Positions 44,577-52,608 of a stretch of DNA of 64,000 nucleotides are shown here, in pieces (position 1 is the stretch's first letter; each line of letters opens with the position of its first letter). The stretch lies in assembly GCA_001443375.1 (NCBI GenBank), contig LDXM01000005.1, forward strand, positions 13,388 to 77,387. The letters are read 5' to 3'. Under the pieces are notes generated by a model, which searched no databases, had not been told where the DNA came from, and saw nothing but the letters and a program-made list of their open reading frames with translations. A program made the translations under genes and the position numbers. The DNA comes from Chloroflexi bacterium CSP1-4. Its GTDB lineage: Bacteria > Chloroflexota > Limnocylindria > Limnocylindrales > CSP1-4.

Positions 44577-45131
44577 ATGAACCTGGGCAGGGCCGTCGAC
44601 GACTGGGGCGACTACGTCACACGGCACAAGCTGAAGGTGGCCATCGTTGGCGGCCTCGTGGCCACGCATGTGACCACGAACCTGGGCATGTGGTACCACG
44701 GCATCGGGCTGCCCGACCTGAACTTCAACATCCTCAACGGGTACCTCGTGTTCGGGAACGCGGGCATGGACCCGGCAGGGATGAGCGACCCGGTGTGGCT
44801 GACGCTCTTCGGGGGGGTCGTCCACTACGCCATGGGCGTCTCCTTCGCCCTCATCTACGCGTTCGGGATCTACCCGCTGATCCCGATCGCGAACACGATC
44901 CGCGGCAACTTCATCAAGGCGTTCATCTGGGGCCTGATCCTGGCCACGCTCAGCGCGGTGTGGTGGATCAACCTCTTCCCGAATCTCGCCGGCCCGGGCA
45001 CGAGCGCCGGCATCTTCATGACCAACCTGGGAGCCGACTGGTGGAAGTGGCTGGTCGCCGTCTACCTGTGGCACCTCGTGTACGCGTTCAATCTCGGTTC
45101 GTTCTTCCAGCCGAAGGACGTCCCGGCGTAG
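44577..45131 (+). CDS. Small integral membrane protein, aromatic-rich, unknown function
   Basis: ORF 44538..45131, trimmed to MNLGRAVDDW (GGGAG upstream). About 5 hydrophobic helices. Confidence 0.6.
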   Translation: MNLGRAVDDWGDYVTRHKLKVAIVGGLVATHVTTNLGMWYHGIGLPDLNFNILNGYLVFGNAGMDPAGMSDPVWLTLFGGVVHYAMGVSFALIYAFGIYPLIPIANTIRGNFIKAFIWGLILATLSAVWWINLFPNLAGPGTSAGIFMTNLGADWWKWLVAVYLWHLVYAFNLGSFFQPKDVPA

Positions 45132-45146
45132 GAGCCTAGCCAGGGA

Positions 45147-46445
45147 TCAGCGGGAGGCGTCGACCTCGGCCACGGCCTCGCCGAAGAGGCGGACCCCGGT
45201 GTCGATCTCGTCGGCGCTGACGATGAGCGCGGGCGACATGCGTACGGCGTCGTCGCCGGCCTCGAGGATGAGCAGGCCGCGCTGGAAGCTGGCCATGGTG
45301 ACGGCATCGGCGCTGGCCGGCGAGTCGAGCCCGATGCCGATCATCAGGCCCTTGCCGCGTACGTCTTTGATGATGCGGGGGAAGCGCTCGGCCAGCGCGC
45401 GCAGGCCGGCGCGAGCCTGTTCGCCGCGCACGGCCGCGTTCTCGACCAGCTCCGCCTCGAGAAGACGGACCGTCTCGATGAGCGCGGCGCAGGCGAGCGG
45501 GTTGCCGCCGTAGGTCGAGCCGTGGGTGCCCGGCGTCCAGGTCATGATCTCCGCCTTCGCGATCATGCCCGCGATGGGCATGCCCGAGGCGATGCCCTTG
45601 GCCGTGAGCAGGATGTCGGGCTCGACGCCCCAGTGCTGCACTGCCCACATCTTGCCCGTGCGCCCGGCGCCCGACTGGACCTCGTCGGCCACGAGGAGGA
45701 TGCCGTGCTCGTCGCAGATGCGGCGGAGGCGGGGCAGGAAGTCGTCGTCGGGCACGACGTAGCCGCCCTCGCCCTGGATAGGCTCGACGAAGACCGCCGC
45801 GAACTCCTTGGCGGGCATCAGGCGCTTGAAGATGCGCCCCTCCAGCTCGTCGAGGCCGGCGCTGCCGTAGGGCACGTGGTAGACGCCGGGCAACAGGGGC
45901 CCGAAGCCGGCGTGGTACTTCGCCTTGGATCCGGTCAGGCTCACCGCGCCGTAGGTGCGGCCATGGAAGGCGCCGAGGAAGGCGATCACGTTCTGACGAC
46001 CGGTGTGGTGGCGGGCGAGCTTCAGCGCGGCCTCCACGACCTCTGCGCCGGAGTTGCCGAAGAACACGCGCGTCTTGCCCTTCATCGGCGCGATGCGGGC
46101 GAGGACCGCGGCCGCCTGGGCGTAGATGGGCAGGTAGAAGTCGGAGGCGCTGAAGTGGAGCAGGTCGCCCGCCTGGCGCGTGATCGCGCCGACGACGTCC
46201 TCGTGGCTGTGGCCGGTCGAGTTGACCGCGATGCCGGCCGCGAAGTCGAGGAAGCGGTTGCCGTCGATGTCCTCCACCATGAGGCCGTCGCCGCGCACGG
46301 GCACGATGGGGTAGACCCGCGGCAGGCTGGGGGAGGTGACGCTTTCGTCGAAGGCGATGTGCGCGCGGGCCTTGGGGCCCGGCAGCTCGGTCACGATGTC
46401 GGGGACCGGGCGGGTCTGGCTGCGGCGGTCGACGAGCTGCGTCAC
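45147..46445 (-). CDS. gabT: 4-aminobutyrate aminotransferase (class III PLP aminotransferase)
   Basis: ORF 45147..46445. GTG start with AGGAG 7 nt upstream. FAAGIAVNSTGHSH, FFGNSGAE, LLVADEVQSGAGRTGKMWA, TAKGIASGMP, STYGGNP. Confidence 0.9.
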   Translation of the reverse strand: MTQLVDRRSQTRPVPDIVTELPGPKARAHIAFDESVTSPSLPRVYPIVPVRGDGLMVEDIDGNRFLDFAAGIAVNSTGHSHEDVVGAITRQAGDLLHFSASDFYLPIYAQAAAVLARIAPMKGKTRVFFGNSGAEVVEAALKLARHHTGRQNVIAFLGAFHGRTYGAVSLTGSKAKYHAGFGPLLPGVYHVPYGSAGLDELEGRIFKRLMPAKEFAAVFVEPIQGEGGYVVPDDDFLPRLRRICDEHGILLVADEVQSGAGRTGKMWAVQHWGVEPDILLTAKGIASGMPIAGMIAKAEIMTWTPGTHGSTYGGNPLACAALIETVRLLEAELVENAAVRGEQARAGLRALAERFPRIIKDVRGKGLMIGIGLDSPASADAVTMASFQRGLLILEAGDDAVRMSPALIVSADEIDTGVRLFGEAVAEVDASR

Positions 46446-46660
46446 GTGGTCGCTCCTGGGATGGCGGACGGCCGTGACGCCGGGCCTCGTGGGCGTCCCG
46501 GTGCATAGGGTTTATGCAGGGTGGATACTCCGGGCAGTGTAGCAGGCACGGCCACGCAGGGAAGCCAGGTCGAGGCCACACGGGCCGCCTGACGGCGGGC
46601 CGCGTGCCTCCCTCGTGCCGCCTGCCGCCGCCGCCCGGCCCAATTCCCGCTCAACCTCAT

Positions 46661-46670
46661 TCTATGATCG
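46661..46670. promoter_or_regulatory. Motif copy 1, TCTATGATCG
   Basis: Read directly. The extended direct similarity with copy 2 is TTCTATG(A/T)TCG...TCAGGCC. Confidence 0.35.
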
Positions 46671-46753
46671 GTATCAGGCCTTGGCGAGCGACAACAGGCC
46701 GATCGGCGCGGTGTGACGGGAGCTTGTGCCCAAGGGACCCTCCCATTCCGCGT

Positions 46754-46763
46754 TCTATGTTCG
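46754..46763. promoter_or_regulatory. Motif copy 2, TCTATGTTCG
   Basis: Read directly. 93 nt downstream of copy 1. Confidence 0.35.
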
Positions 46764-46819
46764 ACGCGGCCCTCAGGCCAGCCTGCCCATGGGCTTGTCA
46801 CCGACCCTTACCCGCCGAG

Positions 46820-46829
46820 CGAACATAGA
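46820..46829. promoter_or_regulatory. Motif copy 3, inverted (CGAACATAGA, the exact reverse complement of copy 2)
   Basis: Read directly. Confidence 0.35.
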
Positions 46830-46915
46830 TCGCTGACGCGCGCGACGGTAGTACTGACAACGCGGTCGACAGGCCTGGCAGGCGGCTGCGCTCCCCGCCG
46901 TCCCCCCCGCGCGCC

Positions 46916-48496
<1,581 letters not shown>

Positions 48497-48542
48497 CTCA
48501 GTGTCCCCTGGCTCGTCGGGTGGTCGGCGTGAGGGGTCCAGT

Positions 48543-49415
48543 CTAGCGCCGGAGTGCCGTCGCGACCTCCCCGAGGTCGGCCGCCACGGCGTCGGGTCGG
48601 CCCCCGCCACGGGCGCGGGCCGCGGCCCGCGCGAGGTCCTCGTCGCCGTGCTTGCCGCTGCGCACGAAGACGCCCCGTAGCCCGGCCCGCTGGGCGCCGA
48701 GGACGTCGTGCCAGAGGTCGTCGCCGATCATGGCCACGTCGGCCGTGTGGAGGCCCGGGGGGCCGGTCTCGGCCGCCAGCTCCCGCACCGCCTCGAGGAA
48801 GAAGGCCTTGGTCGGCTTGCCCACCACGGTCGCCCGCCGCTCGGTGGCGTACTCGAGGCCCACCACGAGGCCACCCGAGTCGAGCGTCACTCCGCGCTTC
48901 GTCAGCCACCAGCGGTTCTTGTGCATGGCCACGAAGCCGGCGCCCGCCCGCAGGAGCCGGAAGGCGCGGTCGAGGGTGGCGAAGGTCAGCTCGTCGGAGG
49001 CGTCGCCGATGACCACCGCGGCGGCGCGAGCCTCCGGCTGGTCGGCCTCCTCGCCCGTCATCAGGTCGAGGCCCGCGAATTCGGCGCGGGCGTCGGTGGT
49101 GGAGATGAGGAAGATCCGACCACCGGGGTGGCGCCGGGCCACGTGGGCGGCGGTGGCAGAGGCGGCGCTGACGATCCGCTCGATGGGGATATCGAGGCCC
49201 GCGCGCGCGAGGTGCGCGGCGAGCGTCGTGCGGCTGATGGCCGAGGTGTTCGTGGCCAGCCGGTAGGGGACGCCAGCCCGCTCCACGGCCGCCAGTGCGC
49301 CGGCCGCACCCGGGATCTGCCGGCCGCGGAGCACGAGCACCCCGTCGATGTCGAGGAGGAGAGCACGCACGCCCCGGAGGGCGGCGACGAGCTGGGCGGC
49401 GGGCGGCGAGGGCAC
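48543..49415 (-). CDS. HAD-IIA family hydrolase
   Basis: Part of ORF 48543..49898. LLLDIDGVL, ATNTS, VGKP, MIGDDLWHDV. Start uncertain (GTG 49415 or ATG 49487). Confidence 0.75.
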   Translation of the reverse strand: MPSPPAAQLVAALRGVRALLLDIDGVLVLRGRQIPGAAGALAAVERAGVPYRLATNTSAISRTTLAAHLARAGLDIPIERIVSAASATAAHVARRHPGGRIFLISTTDARAEFAGLDLMTGEEADQPEARAAAVVIGDASDELTFATLDRAFRLLRAGAGFVAMHKNRWWLTKRGVTLDSGGLVVGLEYATERRATVVGKPTKAFFLEAVRELAAETGPPGLHTADVAMIGDDLWHDVLGAQRAGLRGVFVRSGKHGDEDLARAAARARGGGRPDAVAADLGEVATALRR

Positions 49416-49635
49416 GCGGCTGATGGTAGGGGAAAAGCGGCCGCGGCCAAGCCGTCCAGCGCGGATCGGCGCATGACCGGTGGGCATGCGAGGCCGGTGG
49501 GTCGTGCGTGGCTGCCGGGCCATTGGAGCCGATCGTGAAGCGGATGAGCACGAGTTCGGGCCGTGGCATGCGGCGTGGTCATGCCCTGGGGGGTCCCGCT
49601 CCGCTCCCACGCCGTTGGGACTAGACTCCGCGCCG

Positions 49636-50340
49636 ATGAAGGGCGCCATCGCGCTGGTCGGATCGGGGGAGTTCACGCCCGCCCTCGAGGCGATCGACCG
49701 GGAGCTGCTCGCGGCCACGGGCCGCGCCCGCCCGCGGGTTGCCATCCTGCCCACGGCCTCCGCATCCGACGGCGAGGACGTCTTCCTGCGCTGGGCGGAG
49801 ATGGGCCGCCAGCACTTCAGTGCGCTCGGGGCGGAGGTCGAGCCGGTCCTCGTGCGCGACCGTGGCGGTGCGCAGGACCCGGCGAACGTGCAGGCCATCG
49901 GCGAGGCGGACCTGGTCTACCTCTCGGGCGGCCAGCCGGACTTCCTCTACGACGCGCTGGCCGGGACGGCCGTGGAGCGCGCGATCCACGAGGCCCACGC
50001 GCGCGGCGCCGTCGTGGTCGGCTGCTCGGCCGGAGCGATCGTCCTGGCCGACCGGCGCCTCCGCGTCCGGCGCCGGATGCCCTTCCCGCCGAGCTGGCAA
50101 CCGGCCTTCGGGCTGGTGCCCCAGGCCGTGGTCGCGCCCCACTACGACGCGCTGCCCGAGACGCTGATGCTCCTCCTCATCCTCGCCGCGCCGCGCGGCT
50201 CGGTGGTGCTCGGCATCGACGAGGAGACGGCGGCGGTGGGTCGGGACGGCACCTGGCAGGTGCAGGGTCGCGGCCGCGTGACGGTCTGGCGCGGTCGGCG
50301 CCGGACCCGACACCGCGACGGGGAGACGTTCCGTCTCTAG
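49636..50340 (+). CDS. Peptidase S51 (cyanophycinase/dipeptidase E-like) family protein
   Basis: Part of ORF 49480..50340, from MKGAIALVGSGEF. LSGGQP and the nucleophile motif GCSAGA. Confidence 0.75.
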   Translation: MKGAIALVGSGEFTPALEAIDRELLAATGRARPRVAILPTASASDGEDVFLRWAEMGRQHFSALGAEVEPVLVRDRGGAQDPANVQAIGEADLVYLSGGQPDFLYDALAGTAVERAIHEAHARGAVVVGCSAGAIVLADRRLRVRRRMPFPPSWQPAFGLVPQAVVAPHYDALPETLMLLLILAAPRGSVVLGIDEETAAVGRDGTWQVQGRGRVTVWRGRRRTRHRDGETFRL

Positions 50341-50409
50341 GGCTGCGACCGTCGGACGCCCGAGCGGCTCTCGCCGTCGACATGGCCTCGGGCCCTCGTC
50401 CTAACGGCG

Positions 50410-50615
50410 GTTGTTCCACGAACACCAAACAGGACGCTCTGGGCGCCGACGCTGGCCAGCGGACGGTCCCCCGGGACTCCGGTCGAGGTTCGAGCGTGCG
50501 TTTCTTCGCTCGGGCGGCGGAGGACAGGGGTCCGCATGGCCGTCTCAGCATGGCAACCGGGTCCCGGGCGTCGCGTCGTCTCGTGATCTGCATCGTTTGG
50601 TGTTCCTGGCGCAAC
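50410..50615. ncRNA. Candidate structured RNA (or MITE-like palindromic element), identity unknown
   Basis: Lies in a convergent intergenic gap. The closing helix pairs 50410-50430 with 50595-50615 and includes a perfect GAACACCAAAC/GTTTGGTGTTC. The inner helix pairs 50471-50477 with 50561-50567 (CCGGGAC/GTCCCGG) and 50479-50483 with 50556-50560. A local hairpin pairs 50491-50496 with 50507-50512. The arms are unusually AT-rich for this genome. Confidence 0.25.
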
Positions 50616-50685
50616 GCGCGTCCCCGTCGGCCTCGGGATGCCGGCCTCGCGCGCTGGGACGCCGGGTCCGGACCGGGGAATCGAA

Positions 50686-50713
50686 GACGCCGGCCCTGCC
50701 CAGGGCCGGCGTC
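50686..50713 (-). terminator. Strong stem-loop downstream of the Zn-ribbon gene (12-bp perfect stem, 4-nt loop)
   Basis: GACGCCGGCCCT-gccc-AGGGCCGGCGTC. On the minus strand it is followed by TTCGATT. It lies 42 nt after the stop at 50755. Confidence 0.5.
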
Positions 50714-50754
50714 AGAGCGTGCGCGAGAGCCGAACGCCCGGAGGTGCCGACGGA

Positions 50755-51102
50755 TCAGACCGCCTGGACCTCGCGGAAGCAGTCGGAGCAGTAGACCGGC
50801 TTGTCCTGGCGCGGCCGGAAGGGGACCTGGGCGGCGTTGCCGCACTTCGAGCAGATGACGGCGAAGTACTCGCGCGCCGGCCGGTCGTCGCCGCGCTCGT
50901 AGCCGCGCGGGCCGCCGATGTCGCGGACGTCGTAGCCGGAGCCCGACGACTCGCGCTGTGCCCGCCGCGAAGCGCGGCAGCTCGGGCATCGCTTCGGGTC
51001 GGACGTGAATCCCTTCTGCGCGTAGAACTCCTGGTCGGCGGCCGAGTGAACGAACTCGACGCCGCAGTCGGCGCAGGTGACGTTTCGATCGGTGTACGAC
51101 AC
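50755..51102 (-). CDS. Zinc-ribbon protein with two CxxC...CxxC modules
   Basis: Part of ORF 50755..51741, from the GTG at 51102 (GGAGG 10 nt upstream). VSYTDRNVTCADCGVEFVHSAADQEFYAQKGF..PKRCPSC...VICSKCGNAAQVPFRPRQDKPVYCSDCF. Confidence 0.75.
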   Translation of the reverse strand: MSYTDRNVTCADCGVEFVHSAADQEFYAQKGFTSDPKRCPSCRASRRAQRESSGSGYDVRDIGGPRGYERGDDRPAREYFAVICSKCGNAAQVPFRPRQDKPVYCSDCFREVQAV

Positions 51103-51347
51103 CCGAATGAGACCTCCGTGGAGCAGCGTGTGCGCGTGTTCGATTCGCCGGTGGCCGGACGGAGGACGGCGTTGCAGGGAGTGTGGCGCGAGGTCGGGGG
51201 CCGGGCGCCGCTCTGCCCAGGTGCTCTGCCGAAGGTCCCTGAAAGCCGGGGCGCACCGGTGATGCGCCGCGAAGGTTACCACAAGGGCGCCTGGCGGCCT
51301 CCGCGCGTGCCACGCGAGATGGCACAATGGGGGTGGAGCCTCGGCCC

Positions 51348-51380
51348 GGCGAGCGAGGGCCAGGGGGCTCCTCGCTCGCC
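51348..51380 (+). promoter_or_regulatory. 11-bp perfect hairpin in the sbcD-like leader
   Basis: GGCGAGCGAGG-(11 nt)-CCTCGCTCGCC, 56 nt upstream of the ATG at 51436. Two further 6-bp hairpins lie at 51250-51268 and 51307-51325. Confidence 0.35.
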
Positions 51381-51435
51381 CGATCAACGCTCGCGCCGAT
51401 CCGCTCATCCGTCGAACGGAGGACCGGGCCCCTCG

Positions 51436-52608
51436 ATGCCGCGACTCCTGCACATGGCCGACGTCCACCTCGGCGCGCGCCACCACGACCTTGGCGAGGC
51501 CGCGTCCCAGCAGCGGGAGCGGCAGTTCGCCGCGTTCCGACGCGCCATCGACCTGGCCCTGGAGGAGCGAGTGGACGTGGTTCTCGTCGCGGGCGACCTC
51601 TTCGACTCGAACCAGCAGCCGCGCCGTTCCGTGGAGCGTGCGGCGGCCGAGTTCAAGCGCCTGGCCGGTGCGGGCGTCCGCGCCGTCGTCATCCCGGGCA
51701 CGCACGACGTCTACGACCCGGCCTCGATCTACCGCGTCCACGACCTCGCCGCGCTGGCCGGCCAGAAGCCCGACGCGGACGTCGTCGTGGTCCTCACGCC
51801 CGACCGTCCGGATGTGGTCTTCCCGTCACTCGACCTCGTCGTCCACGGCCGTGTCTTCGCCACGAAGCGGGCACCGGCCAGCCCGCTCAAGGGCTTTTCG
51901 GCGGCCGCCGACGACCGCGCCCACTGGCGCGTCGGGCTCGTCCACGGCTCGCTGCGCGTCCCGGGCAAGGTGGACGACGACGACGTGCTCTTTACCGAGC
52001 ACGAGGTCGCCGCATCGGGCCTCGACTACCTCGCGCTCGGCCACTGGCACTCGTTCCGGCAGGGCGTGCAGGGCGACACGACCTGGGCCTACGCCGGAGC
52101 TCCCGAGCCAGTCGCCGTGGACCAGGACGGCTCGGGCCAGGTGCTGCTCGTCGATCTGAGCGAAACGCAGGGTCGCAAGTACGTCTCCATCGTGCCCCGC
52201 GAGGTCGGGCGCACGCGCTTCCGCAAGCTGGACGTCGACGCCGCCGAGGTCGGGACGCAGCCCGCTCTGGTGGAGCGGCTGCACGCCATGGCCGACCCGG
52301 ACCTCGTGCTCGACGTCCGCATCACCGGCGTCGAGCCGGACGACCTCGAGCTCCAGGAGGACGAGGTCGAGCGGCAGCTCGAGGGCGGCTTCCTCAAGGT
52401 CCGCGTGCGCAACCTCGCCGTCCCCCCGCCGGTCGAGGGCGACCTCCCCCCGCCGGACACGATCGCCGGAGCCTTCATCCGCGACCTCGAGATGCACATC
52501 GCCGAGGCGGAGGCGGCGGAGGATGCCGATCGCGCCGCGGAGCTGCGCGAGTCGCTGCGGCTGGGCCGGATCCTCCTCGACGACCCGACGCGTGTGACGG
52601 TGGCCTGA
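51436..52608 (+). CDS. SbcD/Mre11-like DNA-repair metallophosphoesterase
   Basis: Part of ORF 50638..52608, from MPRLLHMADVHLG. GDLFD, PGTHD, GHWH. Confidence 0.85.
   Translation: MPRLLHMADVHLGARHHDLGEAASQQRERQFAAFRRAIDLALEERVDVVLVAGDLFDSNQQPRRSVERAAAEFKRLAGAGVRAVVIPGTHDVYDPASIYRVHDLAALAGQKPDADVVVVLTPDRPDVVFPSLDLVVHGRVFATKRAPASPLKGFSAAADDRAHWRVGLVHGSLRVPGKVDDDDVLFTEHEVAASGLDYLALGHWHSFRQGVQGDTTWAYAGAPEPVAVDQDGSGQVLLVDLSETQGRKYVSIVPREVGRTRFRKLDVDAAEVGTQPALVERLHAMADPDLVLDVRITGVEPDDLELQEDEVERQLEGGFLKVRVRNLAVPPPVEGDLPPPDTIAGAFIRDLEMHIAEAEAAEDADRAAELRESLRLGRILLDDPTRVTVA

Noticed and set aside
50677-50685. tRNA/tmRNA-like T-loop sequence TTCGATTCC on the minus strand
   Set aside because: The flanking bases cannot form a T-stem or an acceptor stem. 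It is simply the tail of the terminator hairpin at 50686-50713.
51138-51143. Possible LexA (SOS) box upstream of the sbcD-like gene (GTTCGA half-site)
   Set aside because: Only one half-site of the TCGAAC-N4-GTTCGA palindrome is present.
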